Virus record (IMG/VR): IMGVR_UViG_3300010224_000001
Span: 160,001-224,000 of that record
Strand: one strand, 5' to 3'
Source of the DNA: a virus
Length of the DNA stretch: 64,000 nucleotides
In this document: positions 18,575 to 28,241 of the stretch, in pieces
Position numbering within the stretch: position 1 is the first letter of the stretch
Layout: each line of letters starts with the position of its first letter
Notes under the pieces: model-generated
What the model saw: only the letters and a program-made list of their open reading frames with translations
The model's database searches: none
Told to the model about the DNA's origin: nothing
Made by a program: the position numbers and the translations under genes

Positions 18575-19753
18575 TTATCTAGCGAAGCTAAATTCTGAAG
18601 CCTTGTTGTAAATATTCATAGCTGCCACTACATCAGCATTGTTAGAATATCCGCAATCAATGCAACAAAACTGTGATTGTGTCTTACGATTCTCTTTAGC
18701 TACAAAGGAACAGCTAGGACAAGTTTGACTAGTGTGTTTAGCGTTTACAACAGCTAAATAAGAACCATACCAACCACACTTGTAGGAGATTTGTCTTAAT
18801 AGCTCACCCCAACCTTGCTGTAGGATAGAGCGATTAAGTCCTCGTTTCTGAGCCACATTCCTACCAGGCTGTTCAATCGTACCTCTAGAACTCTTTGACA
18901 TTTGAGTAATCTTCAAATCTTCCATAATCACCGCGGCGTGGTTTTTGCTGATGTAAGATGAAAGTTTGTGAAGAGTATCATTACGCATGTCGGAAATACG
19001 TTTATGTTGCTTTGCTACTTTAAGTTTTGCTTCGTCGTGATTACGAGAACCTTTGACTTTACGAGTAAATCTTTTCTGTAAAATCTTGAGCTTTTCATAA
19101 GTTTCTCTCATTCGAGGATTATGATCAGTTATCTTGACTAGAGATCCATCAAAGGTAGTTGCTAGATGAACAATTCCAACATCAACTCCTATCGACTTAT
19201 TTGAAGTATTATATCTTTTCTCAATCTCGATTTCGCACAGAACGTTCGCATACCAGTGACCGGCTCTGTGCGAGATGGTAATTGACTTCGGAATACCTTC
19301 TAACGATCTATCTTTTCTATACTTAACTAACCCTACCTTTGGTAGCTTTAAATGCTTTTCTCTAATTTCGAAATATTGAGGAATCCTAAATGAATCACTA
19401 ATACCTTTCTTTTTGAATTGAGGGTAATTAGATTCTTTTCTAAAAAAGCGTTGAAAAGCCATACCAAGATTAGCAAGACTCTGCTGAAGGACTTGTCCAG
19501 AGCAATCGTTTAACCAGAAAGTATCAGGATTTTTCTTAAGTAACACTAACTCATTGCTTAATGAAAATACATTTACACTGATACTTTGCTGATGAAGTTC
19601 TTTCCAGCGCGCTAACCCCCAGTTATAAACAAAACGAGAACAACCGGAGAATTGCTTGAATATTTTCTCTTGTGCTGCATTACAGTCAAGTTTATATTTA
19701 AACGTTTTGTTGATTTTATTGACCCTTCTAGAAGGGTCTGATGAAACTATCAT
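18575..19753 (-). CDS. tnpB: TnpB RNA-guided endonuclease (IS200/IS605 family), no tnpA nearby
   Basis: N-terminal HTH (FSGCSRFVYNWGL), RuvC-I GVDVG, RuvC-II IMEDL, Zn finger CPSC...CIDC, RuvC-III NADVVAAMNI; AAGGAGG RBS. Confidence 0.92.
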   Translation of the reverse strand: MIVSSDPSRRVNKINKTFKYKLDCNAAQEKIFKQFSGCSRFVYNWGLARWKELHQQSISVNVFSLSNELVLLKKNPDTFWLNDCSGQVLQQSLANLGMAFQRFFRKESNYPQFKKKGISDSFRIPQYFEIREKHLKLPKVGLVKYRKDRSLEGIPKSITISHRAGHWYANVLCEIEIEKRYNTSNKSIGVDVGIVHLATTFDGSLVKITDHNPRMRETYEKLKILQKRFTRKVKGSRNHDEAKLKVAKQHKRISDMRNDTLHKLSSYISKNHAAVIMEDLKITQMSKSSRGTIEQPGRNVAQKRGLNRSILQQGWGELLRQISYKCGWYGSYLAVVNAKHTSQTCPSCSFVAKENRKTQSQFCCIDCGYSNNADVVAAMNIYNKASEFSFAR

Positions 19754-19795
19754 CTTTACCTCCTTTGAAGAAAGATAATCGTAGTGTATATGTTA

Positions 19796-19814
19796 GTAAT
19801 ATATACTTGAAAAA
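19796..19814 (-). promoter_or_regulatory. phiKZ-type early promoter upstream of tnpB
   Basis: Minus strand TTTTTCAAGTATATATTAC contains the exact TATATTAC early consensus of phiKZ. Confidence 0.7.
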
Positions 19815-19835
19815 CTATCTAGTCTAAAAATGAAC

Positions 19836-19885
19836 AAAAAAAAGAATAGCCTAAGCCATTCTTTTTGTAGACCCGAAGGTCTACG
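19836..19885 (-). terminator. Tandem hairpins/terminator
   Basis: gtagacc-ttcg-ggtctac, then aaaaagaatggc-ttag-gctattcttttttt. Confidence 0.7.
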
Positions 19886-19891
19886 TTTATA

Positions 19892-20056
19892 TCAAGCACA
19901 CCACCAAGGACGTTTCCATGGATCGTTAGAACGAGCACAGATGAAAGCTTCGGTGCGTTCAATGGCGGTGGGTTCCTTACCAGTCTTTCTGCGGTAAGTG
20001 TCCAAGCACTCGCGATAAAGCGTGGCAGCTTTACCTTTGAGTTGAATGATTGCCAT
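19892..20056 (-). CDS. Small hypothetical protein (54 aa, not in ORF track)
   Basis: MAIIQLKGKAATLYRECLDTY...PWKRPWWCA, GGGAG RBS. Confidence 0.6.
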   Translation of the reverse strand: MAIIQLKGKAATLYRECLDTYRRKTGKEPTAIERTEAFICARSNDPWKRPWWCA

Positions 20057-20067
20057 TAGACTCTCCC

Positions 20068-20328
20068 TTATCCTGAAACCACGTTGAAAGTCTTATGAAA
20101 GTCCACAGCGGTGTAGACCTCCGTCAGTTCTTTGTTGGGCATCTTGACAACGAAGTTGCCAGGACGAACCATCACTGCATCACGGAGCATGTCCATCTGG
20201 CTGGCGTTGACCCATGCAGTGCCATTCTTATCCGTAGTGACAAGACGACACTTTACGCCTGGCTGCCATTCCCAGGCTTCACCCTGAACAACTATGGGTT
20301 CTACCTTGAGCTTTGCAGTAGTTTTCAT
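20068..20328 (-). CDS. Hypothetical protein
   Basis: Start reassigned to MKTTAK after AAGGA. Confidence 0.65.
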   Translation of the reverse strand: MKTTAKLKVEPIVVQGEAWEWQPGVKCRLVTTDKNGTAWVNASQMDMLRDAVMVRPGNFVVKMPNKELTEVYTAVDFHKTFNVVSG

Positions 20329-20329
20329 T

Positions 20330-21616
20330 TTAGTCCTTCTTATTAGGGTCCGAGGTAAAATTACCTTCTTCGGTTTCACCATCATCGATGTAGGTAGTTT
20401 TATCGGACAACATTTCATCTGAACCAGGATCGTTATCAGCAAACTTCACAAGCAGTAATTCATCATCGCCAATGTATGGAATGAGGCGACTTTTCAGATC
20501 ATCCCTGGTAAACTTGACAGTTTCTGGAAGACCTTTAACGACCTCACTGATAAGTTCCTGACGATGTTTCAGACTACCATCATACTCCATAACCTCATCG
20601 CCTTCGCGCGGAATATGTTTTTCCGCGTTAGCCATGAGTTGCTCCTGCTCCATCCTTGCAAACTTCTGCTTGAGAAGATCACCCAAGCTAGGTGGATTAC
20701 CTTGTTTGTCTTTAGGACGAGTAAGCTCAGCTGGAGATTCGAGAAACGCGCCAGCAACTGCGCTGTTGCATAACTTAATTGGTTTTCCATCTTCTCCGGT
20801 TGGTGGAAATGAGAACATTCCCGGAATGAATGGACTGTCAGAAGTATCGTCAGATGCGACAAGATCTGCGGTGACATCGTAGTCACGATAACCGCTAGGA
20901 ACATACTTGTCAGCGTCATCGAAAATTACAACCGCACGAGGAATGGAATCCAAAGCATTCATGGATTTCATGATGTCTCCGTCATATTCTTCCTGCGCTG
21001 TATAAGCTTTCATGCGGCACTTCGGAATAAGACGTTTGACAACTTGATGAAGCTTCTTCTTGCTAACATGGTAACGATGCGGGCCATCAAATGTTTTGGT
21101 TGGCTCAATGACTTTGACGATATGCGTGTCGAAAATCATACCGACGAGTTTCTCATGATTCACAAGCTCGTCAGGTTTCATGTACTTATTAGAAACGTAC
21201 ATGACCAAATCATCGAAGGCACTTACATCGTAATAGGAAGGGTGCTTGATCCAACCGTATTGAATCGCCAGGTAATTCTCTACCTCCCAGAATTCTTTGA
21301 AGAAAGCACTGTCGTCACCGTTATCGATCATTGCCACACCTGGAGCACGGTGAGTGATCTCCAACACATTCAAAATGCTATATGTTTCTGGTTCAGCATT
21401 TTCTTTTGGAGTGTACCAAATATGCGCCATCGGTTTGCCGGTGATGACGTAATTGTCCGGCGTGTTCTTACTCAGCTTCTGAACTTCCAGCTTGATGTGT
21501 ACAGCGTCAATTACCTTTCCATCAGAATGGCTGTATGCTTTAACCACAGCGATTGTACCTTTGCTGAAGAAGGCAGGCGAGAACTTACGACGATACGGAT
21601 TAAATTTGTTGCTCAT
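20330..21616 (-). CDS. Hypothetical protein (paralog family D)
   Basis: FSPAFFSKGT...ITHRAPGVA...SKKKL shared with 21662. Confidence 0.75.
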   Translation of the reverse strand: MSNKFNPYRRKFSPAFFSKGTIAVVKAYSHSDGKVIDAVHIKLEVQKLSKNTPDNYVITGKPMAHIWYTPKENAEPETYSILNVLEITHRAPGVAMIDNGDDSAFFKEFWEVENYLAIQYGWIKHPSYYDVSAFDDLVMYVSNKYMKPDELVNHEKLVGMIFDTHIVKVIEPTKTFDGPHRYHVSKKKLHQVVKRLIPKCRMKAYTAQEEYDGDIMKSMNALDSIPRAVVIFDDADKYVPSGYRDYDVTADLVASDDTSDSPFIPGMFSFPPTGEDGKPIKLCNSAVAGAFLESPAELTRPKDKQGNPPSLGDLLKQKFARMEQEQLMANAEKHIPREGDEVMEYDGSLKHRQELISEVVKGLPETVKFTRDDLKSRLIPYIGDDELLLVKFADNDPGSDEMLSDKTTYIDDGETEEGNFTSDPNKKD

Positions 21617-21661
21617 TTTGATTCTCCTTTATTGATTATTAACAGCTAAATAGTGAATGGA

Positions 21662-22564
21662 TTAGGAAAAGAAATCGTCGCCGAAATGTGCTTCCATCAT
21701 GCGGTCATCTTCGCGAGCACACATGTCGCACATCATTCCGGTACCTTTATTGACATAGCGTTCATAACAAGTATTGCAAACCGGGATATTCTTGCTACAG
21801 TCACCCGGATCTTCCATCATCATCTGTTTATGACCGTGTTCATTGACTGTTTCGAAACGAATAGCGCGGTCGTCTTCACGATCATCCGGATCATCATGCA
21901 AGTGTTCCCATTCACGGTCGTTTTCGTCTTGTGCCTTGTATTGATTCATCAAGCACTTGTTGAAAACACGTTTGATGGCTTTACGCAGCTTCTTCTTATT
22001 GACAGAAGACATGTAACCCCAATCGACATTATCGAGATGGAAGATGTGCTGTTGCCTCAACAACGAAACCATCTTTTCCACATCGATGACGTGATCCATG
22101 GAGTTAGCTATTTCGAAGGCAATGCCGCCGACTAGTCGATTAACGTCCATCACCTTGTAGCGCGAATGGTGTTTTACTTCAGTCGGATCATAGCAGCGCA
22201 TGTTGTTCTTGACGTTTTCGTCAAAGAACTCCTTCAGATATTTCTTGTTCGGCACGCCATAACCGTGACCGGCTTCATGAACCACTGCGACGCCTGGAGC
22301 GCGCTTGATGATCTTCCTCACGTAGCAGATGTTGAACGCTTCGTTACACCCCGTAACATCCTTGAACACCGGAGTTTCCAGGATGTAACTGTGAGGACCA
22401 TTCTTGATCAGCCGCTTGACCTCAATTGTCAGATCGCCGCCACAGACGTTGACAACGCAGGTTGTACCTACGGTAAAGAAAGCGGTCGAGAACGGATGCG
22501 TTTCTTTACGTTCTTTACGGGAATTCTTGTATTCGTTTGATTTGGTATTGACTTGAGTGTTCAT
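21662..22564 (-). CDS. Hypothetical protein (paralog family D) with C-terminal Cys cluster
   Basis: FSTAFFTVGT...IIKRAPGVA...NKKKL; CNTC...CDMC. Confidence 0.75.
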   Translation of the reverse strand: MNTQVNTKSNEYKNSRKERKETHPFSTAFFTVGTTCVVNVCGGDLTIEVKRLIKNGPHSYILETPVFKDVTGCNEAFNICYVRKIIKRAPGVAVVHEAGHGYGVPNKKYLKEFFDENVKNNMRCYDPTEVKHHSRYKVMDVNRLVGGIAFEIANSMDHVIDVEKMVSLLRQQHIFHLDNVDWGYMSSVNKKKLRKAIKRVFNKCLMNQYKAQDENDREWEHLHDDPDDREDDRAIRFETVNEHGHKQMMMEDPGDCSKNIPVCNTCYERYVNKGTGMMCDMCAREDDRMMEAHFGDDFFS

Positions 22565-22605
22565 GATGGACTTTCCTTTCTAATTGGTTATTAAGAGTGC
22601 AGCAT

Positions 22606-23145
22606 TTAGATGTGAACGAAACCGGACGTTGCTGTGGGGTCTCCCGACACCCAGAGTGAAAGATATTTGGATCGCGGTTGCTCGGACGAAAGGTAGTGAT
22701 CGATCATCTTGGTGATTTCGATAACATAACCTTTACCGAGCGGGTATTCTACGATCTTTGCGATCGTTCCTTCGACCACCGCCCGCGTATTAAGGAAGTA
22801 ACAATGAATCAAGACCTTGCCACCTTCGGCTTTATCACGAGGTAGGTATTCTTTACGCACTGCCTTAAGAATGGGATGGGGATTACCACCTTTGAAGTTG
22901 GAAATTGCTTTTGCAAACATTTCTTCATCTGAAGAAGTCCATTGCACTTCTTCGTTAACTTCGTAGTAATCTTTTTTGCTGTAAGCTTCTTGCAGAGCGA
23001 TTGCAGCTTTTGCCAGTTCGGTCTTACCAGGGGACATCGGTTTACCTTCGAGATGCCACTGAACATAAAGACCAACAAGCTTCATGTTCATGTTTTCAAC
23101 CGGAACAGAAGAAGCTTGCAGTTGTTGATCGATAGTAAAAGACAT
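22606..23145 (-). CDS. Hypothetical protein
   Basis: ORF with AAGGA RBS. Confidence 0.65.
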   Translation of the reverse strand: MSFTIDQQLQASSVPVENMNMKLVGLYVQWHLEGKPMSPGKTELAKAAIALQEAYSKKDYYEVNEEVQWTSSDEEMFAKAISNFKGGNPHPILKAVRKEYLPRDKAEGGKVLIHCYFLNTRAVVEGTIAKIVEYPLGKGYVIEITKMIDHYLSSEQPRSKYLSLWVSGDPTATSGFVHI

Positions 23146-23232
23146 GGGGATTCCTTATAGTTGATTATTAGTTAACAGCATAAATAAAAGGAGAGTGATA
23201 CCGTTATTCTGGTATCACTCTACTGGGTTGTA

Positions 23233-23766
23233 TTACGTGAAAAGGATTTCGGCTTTGGTGTAACCCAGCGAAGCCATACCCCATTTGAGATGGAGCCAGT
23301 CGATTTGATCTTGCTTCAAGCTGTCCATAAGACCGAGCGTCATGATGCCGACACTAAGTCCTGGGAATTTCGCAGTGAAGAATTGCTCCACACACTCAGT
23401 CAACTGCTCCTCACTCAGACCGCTCTTTTTGAGAGCTTCCTTGAAGATGTTAGCGAAATGATGATGTTCCTCGATTTTCGACGAGGTCATTTCGACAACG
23501 ACTTCAAATGGATCTTCGACACTGACAGTGACCCATTCAACATCCGCAAAATCCGGATCAGCTTTCAAGGTTTCCAGATCAACCAGACTAACGGTAGACG
23601 GGTAACCGAGTTCGCGTGACGTGACCAGATGACTAACAATTGCATCACGCGCATTCGTAACCGCTTCGTCTTTGGTATCACCAGAGCTAAAACAACCCAG
23701 CAGATTAGCTATCGTAACACCGTAGCATCTTTCTTGACCTTTGTGAATCGCTAGATAGTAATTCAT
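23233..23766 (-). CDS. HicB-like antitoxin domain protein
   Basis: YYLAIHKG..CYGVTIANLLGCFSSGDTKDEAVTNARDAI, a HicB N-terminal RNase H-like pattern. Confidence 0.75.
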   Translation of the reverse strand: MNYYLAIHKGQERCYGVTIANLLGCFSSGDTKDEAVTNARDAIVSHLVTSRELGYPSTVSLVDLETLKADPDFADVEWVTVSVEDPFEVVVEMTSSKIEEHHHFANIFKEALKKSGLSEEQLTECVEQFFTAKFPGLSVGIMTLGLMDSLKQDQIDWLHLKWGMASLGYTKAEILFT

Positions 23767-23778
23767 CTACTCCCTTTC

Positions 23779-25029
23779 TTAATAGGCTTGTTGCAAGGCC
23801 GGATCACCGTAATGACCGCCGTAACCACGACCATTACGCCACGGCATACGGACACGCTCGAACTCTTCCTGGGCTTCACGGAACTTGGCATGGTAAGCGT
23901 CGCGGTCAATATAACGGCAGATGTAAGACACGTCGCCTTTCTTGAACTCGAGCTTAGTCTTGTCGTCAGCGAAGTAGCCCACGAAATCATCTTGCGACAG
24001 CTTGATCGTCACGTTCTCGGCAGACTTCTTGTCTTCCTTGAATTCGTAATACGACACGTCGATAGAGAATTTATCTTTGTTCAGATAAACGCCCTGGAAG
24101 CTACCGACTGCTGTGCCAGTGTGGACTTCTTTGCAATCCTGATACGCCTTCATTTCGAAGTACGAGTTAGTATTGCGACCATTGGTGGCCATGATCTCGA
24201 TGCACTCGTTCAGATCGTTGTCGAACTGATTCATCTCTTCAACGAAACTTGCCATGCCGTCAAAGTTCATGCCAACCTTATCGTTAGCATGCGACAGAGC
24301 CAAATGAACGAATGCACCAACATGTGATTCATCTTTGTCTTTCAGATGTTCACGCACATATTCTTCAACCGTGTTCACATCCATGTGCTTAAAGCGAATG
24401 ATGTAACGAACGCGGGAAGGACGATCTTGCAGGTACTTCGAGATCAAATGCATGTCGTTGGCCGTGAGGACGGTAAGTTTCTTACCTGAAGCTGAAACAC
24501 CGTCGAGCACTTGCAGAATCGAATCCTGCGCTTTCGAACCGTACTGCTGACCATGTTTATTCTGCTCGCTATACGTTTTGCAGAATTCATCGAAGGCCAG
24601 CATACAGTCCTGCGTGATCGAAGCCAGGAAGCTGACAAACAAATCACCAGCGTAAGGCTGATTGATCAGAATCACCGGCATATCCAGATCAATTGCAGCT
24701 TTAGCCATTGCCTTGAGGGTAATGGTTTTGCCAGAACCACGTTCGCCTACCAGCAGCGCGCCGAGGTTCTTGTTGTTGATGCAATACGACTTGAAGAAGC
24801 GGTCGATGTTCTTGAGCACATTACCATAGACACGCTTGGGAAGCTCAAAGTCGAGTGCAGGTTTCAGATAGAAGTAAGCTTCAGTCTGGGTTTCATGATA
24901 GCTGAGGATATACACCCCGGCAGGCAGTTTAGTACTAGGTTGATGGCGCGGCACCGTACCGACGCGAAACGTCTTGTCTGCGATCTCATGAAAGTTGTAC
25001 TGAATCTCGTCTTTCTTGGGATTTGCCAT
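23779..25029 (-). CDS. AAA+ ATPase
   Basis: Walker A GERGSGKT, Walker B AFDEFCK, ILQVLDG, LTAN, DRPSR. Confidence 0.85.
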   Translation of the reverse strand: MANPKKDEIQYNFHEIADKTFRVGTVPRHQPSTKLPAGVYILSYHETQTEAYFYLKPALDFELPKRVYGNVLKNIDRFFKSYCINNKNLGALLVGERGSGKTITLKAMAKAAIDLDMPVILINQPYAGDLFVSFLASITQDCMLAFDEFCKTYSEQNKHGQQYGSKAQDSILQVLDGVSASGKKLTVLTANDMHLISKYLQDRPSRVRYIIRFKHMDVNTVEEYVREHLKDKDESHVGAFVHLALSHANDKVGMNFDGMASFVEEMNQFDNDLNECIEIMATNGRNTNSYFEMKAYQDCKEVHTGTAVGSFQGVYLNKDKFSIDVSYYEFKEDKKSAENVTIKLSQDDFVGYFADDKTKLEFKKGDVSYICRYIDRDAYHAKFREAQEEFERVRMPWRNGRGYGGHYGDPALQQAY

Positions 25030-25086
25030 AGTTGGACTTACTCCTATATTGGTTAAAAAAGAGGCAATGTAAATTGCCCCTCTCGT

Positions 25087-25680
25087 TTATTGCACAGCTG
25101 ATGGGGTCATTGCTGTGATCTTGCCATCGAAGCCGTAGACTGGCTCCAGCATAGCCAGTTCAAGAGCGTCTTCGATAGATACGTTGTCGATGCGAACCAA
25201 GGTCAGAATACTGATCAAGGTATCGGCATCGAGTTTGAAAAGCTTGGTCATCACCTCGTCGCTATCAGCGCCGATCATTGCAACCAAGGTAGCCTTCAAG
25301 GTGTAGCTGCCGGTAATGAAACCAGCGCCGAGCTTGATGAAGAGTGGTTTACCTTTAGTGACTTCCATCACACGGTCCAGAACGACGTTCTTGTACTGTT
25401 CCGGGATACCTTTGTTGAACGGATTATTCACAGCGCTGTAGTAAGCCGCTTCCATCAGCAGCTTCATTTCTTCAGCACTACCTTCGTAGGTGACGACGTC
25501 GATGCAGTCGAGCACGCGCGTCTTGATCACCACTTTGGTATCCGTGACATCCTGCACAGTGCCACCGAAACCGATCTCGTGTTTCAGCAGACCATACAGA
25601 GCACGCGGTACGTCTTGTTCGCGATCAGACGGAAACACTTCACCGTACGGTTTATAACGAACGTCGGTAATTTTGATCAT
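25087..25680 (-). CDS. Hypothetical early protein
   Basis: First gene after an early promoter; strong codon bias. Confidence 0.7.
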   Translation of the reverse strand: MIKITDVRYKPYGEVFPSDREQDVPRALYGLLKHEIGFGGTVQDVTDTKVVIKTRVLDCIDVVTYEGSAEEMKLLMEAAYYSAVNNPFNKGIPEQYKNVVLDRVMEVTKGKPLFIKLGAGFITGSYTLKATLVAMIGADSDEVMTKLFKLDADTLISILTLVRIDNVSIEDALELAMLEPVYGFDGKITAMTPSAVQ

Positions 25681-25764
25681 GATAAATCCTTTCAGTTTTG
25701 TAATTGGTTATTAGTAAGTGAATAAACATTTCGATAGAAAACACACAGTTCTCTATTCACGCCA

Positions 25765-25782
25765 ATGATATATATCTGAAAA
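25765..25782 (-). promoter_or_regulatory. Putative early promoter
   Basis: TTTTCAGATATATATCAT on the minus strand, just after a terminator. Confidence 0.55.
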
Positions 25783-25846
25783 TTTTTATCGCCATACAAA
25801 AAAATAAAGAGGGCCGGAACCCTCTTTATTTATGCTGCTTTATTTT

Positions 25847-26665
25847 TTAGAACGTTTTGGTGACCAGCCAGTTCATAGCTGCTTGCACTACCACTTCAGC
25901 GTCAGTGTCAGGAGTATCGGGGAAAACATCTTCCGATTTCTGCGCAGGAGAGCCGTCGCTCTTGAGATAAGAAAGACGCACCGAACCATCTTCCATACCC
26001 ATCAAACGAATCATTTGCTGCATGTTGCCAGTGCTGGAACCAGCGCGGATACCAATCACACCCGGCTTGCGATCGAATACCGCACCAATCACATTGCTCT
26101 TGTAAAGACGAGACATAACTTCAACAGCAATCTCGAGCAGATGCATCGAGTCTTTCACGGTTTCTGCTTGCAGGGCTTCTTGCAGCTTTGCTTTATCGCA
26201 GTTACCGTTATTTACCCAATCTTCAACAATGTGAATAATGCGCTGACGTTGTGATTCGTTAACGGCGTTGTTGATGTACGAGCTGATCAGTAAATTGTGG
26301 GAATTGTCCTGACCATTACCAGCAGCATTGTCCGCTTGAGGATGCGGTTGGATCTGGTAGCTTGTGCTGTAAGCCGTAGCGTTCGGAGCATTGTCCGACG
26401 TAGTTGCAGTATCGGAAGCTTGATTACCATTGCTGGAAGCAGCACCTTCAGCGTAATCGGAAGCCGTGGCACCTGCGGCGATTTCATGACCAGGCTTGAT
26501 GTCAGCCAATACAACAGCCGGAGCTACAGCATCGCTAGCGCCTTCAGCATTGACTGTCTGGCCAGGAATCGGTTGCTGCGTCTGTGGAAGACTTGCCAAC
26601 TGTCGCTCAACATTTTCTTCCGGCATGCTGGTGACTGTGGGCTTGTCGGCTTCATTGATGCTCAT
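25847..26665 (-). CDS. Hypothetical protein with disordered N-terminus
   Basis: ATG after AAGGAG; Ala/Ser/Asn-rich N-terminal half. Confidence 0.7.
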   Translation of the reverse strand: MSINEADKPTVTSMPEENVERQLASLPQTQQPIPGQTVNAEGASDAVAPAVVLADIKPGHEIAAGATASDYAEGAASSNGNQASDTATTSDNAPNATAYSTSYQIQPHPQADNAAGNGQDNSHNLLISSYINNAVNESQRQRIIHIVEDWVNNGNCDKAKLQEALQAETVKDSMHLLEIAVEVMSRLYKSNVIGAVFDRKPGVIGIRAGSSTGNMQQMIRLMGMEDGSVRLSYLKSDGSPAQKSEDVFPDTPDTDAEVVVQAAMNWLVTKTF

Positions 26666-26726
26666 GACTTCTCCTTTCATTAACAACAAAGAAATGCAAG
26701 AGGGTTAGAGTCTCTTGCTCTAGAAC

Positions 26727-26945
26727 TTAATGCGTTGTCGATGGCTTACCAGGATAACCTAACGAACCTAACGGGAACTGGAGTCCAAATGTGGTGTTAT
26801 TACGTGTCTTGCCGCTTGGAAAACGCGCAATGCCATCTTCCCCAATAGTGACGTTGTATTGTTTATCAAAGTCAGCCAGAGCTTGAATAGAGCGAGCTTG
26901 AATCTCTTCTTTTTCTTCCTGAGTCATTTCGGAGATAGATTTCAT
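26727..26945 (-). CDS. Hypothetical protein
   Basis: ORF with AAGGAG RBS. Confidence 0.6.
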   Translation of the reverse strand: MKSISEMTQEEKEEIQARSIQALADFDKQYNVTIGEDGIARFPSGKTRNNTTFGLQFPLGSLGYPGKPSTTH

Positions 26946-26947
26946 CT

Positions 26948-27673
26948 TTATTCTCCTTTATTCTGATGTGAGCTAGCTGTAAAGTCGATTTGACGATGCC
27001 GTGGTTTAGACGGGTGGATGTTGGCGTTGATACGAACTTCCTTACTGAGGAATTCTGCAAGGGTTTCGTCTTCTGCAGTTCCGCGCACAGCCATCCCTTT
27101 TAGGAGGTCGTCAAGGATTTCAATAGGTTCTTCGGCTTCGATGCGTTTGAAATTATTGAAACCGTGCTTAGTGAGACCTTCGATAAGAATGGCTTCAATG
27201 AGTGTTTTGCCGGTATGATGATAGCCACCAATAAGCACTTCAAGCGGTGCTTTACGATGATTATCGAATTGCGCTTCACACAAACGCTGATCGGCGTTGT
27301 ATGCAGCATTGGTAAAGCTAATGTTCGGAAGACGGTTGATTTGGAGAGCCCGAAGAGCAGTCACTTCTTCCTGCAGTTGACTAATCTTTTCATGCAGCGA
27401 TACTTCAGACACTTGCATGAGTGCCATTTGCTGAATGATGAATTCCACATGCGGCAGTAGCGGTTGTTCGTCAATTACGATACCGCTGCCATTTTTCATT
27501 TGCAGCAGTTTCTCAGCACGTTTCGCAATCAGGATAATGACGCTGTTATCACCACCCATCAGTGCGATCTCAGGTTCATTCTCCATCTTGGAGATGATTT
27601 GATCTTCCGTCAAACCTGCCTGATGCAGAGCCGCCATGCGATTGCGCACGTATTCCAGATTACTAGCCGACAT
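26948..27673 (-). CDS. Hypothetical protein with degenerate P-loop (GGYHHTGKT)
   Basis: Coiled coil followed by VLIGGYHHTGKTLI. Confidence 0.65.
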   Translation of the reverse strand: MSASNLEYVRNRMAALHQAGLTEDQIISKMENEPEIALMGGDNSVIILIAKRAEKLLQMKNGSGIVIDEQPLLPHVEFIIQQMALMQVSEVSLHEKISQLQEEVTALRALQINRLPNISFTNAAYNADQRLCEAQFDNHRKAPLEVLIGGYHHTGKTLIEAILIEGLTKHGFNNFKRIEAEEPIEILDDLLKGMAVRGTAEDETLAEFLSKEVRINANIHPSKPRHRQIDFTASSHQNKGE

Positions 27674-28241
27674 TAGCTTCTCCTTCTTGTTGGGTTTGTG
27701 CTTCTTCTTCAGTAATGTTGACCTGAATATGTTTGGCCTTCATGGCACGTACTTGATTAGCCGTACCTTCGTAGACAGAGTGGTAACCAGTTGCGCTCTT
27801 ATCGCCATCACTTTGTGCGAGATGTTCTTCCCATTCCTTCTTCAAGCCATCTGCTGCCGTTTGCAGCTTGTCTGCAATGTGATCAACGGCTTGATTGTAG
27901 GCTTGCAGAGCGACTTTTTCCAGGTCTTGTTGCGTTATAGCTTTATCGGCCATCTCGCGTTCCTTGCGGATCATCAAACCTTCTACAACCATTTGACCCA
28001 GGTAGCAACGAACAGTTTCTTGCAACAGCAAGAGTTCAATACCGACGATTGGACGATCCAGCGAAATCGTACCATCTTCTTCATGAATCTTCAGGTTGAC
28101 ACGGTCTCGAGCATCAATCACCACCTTACGACCATCCGATAATTCGGTATCGTAATAAGGTTGCGATATTAACGTAGCGATGATTTGATCCGGGTCTACA
28201 CCTTGTTCTTGCAGTATTTTAAACTGTTGCTCCAAAATCAT
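27663..28241 (-). CDS. Hypothetical protein
   Basis: ORF; N-terminus (LQEQGVDPDQIIATL) resembles 26948 (LHQAGLTEDQIISKM). Confidence 0.65.
   Translation of the reverse strand: MILEQQFKILQEQGVDPDQIIATLISQPYYDTELSDGRKVVIDARDRVNLKIHEEDGTISLDRPIVGIELLLLQETVRCYLGQMVVEGLMIRKEREMADKAITQQDLEKVALQAYNQAVDHIADKLQTAADGLKKEWEEHLAQSDGDKSATGYHSVYEGTANQVRAMKAKHIQVNITEEEAQTQQEGEANVG

Noticed and set aside
18420-19830. Complete IS605/IS1341 mobile element
   Set aside because: No tnpA and no convincing left- or right-end hairpins were seen, so it is reported as tnpB plus omegaRNA rather than an intact IS
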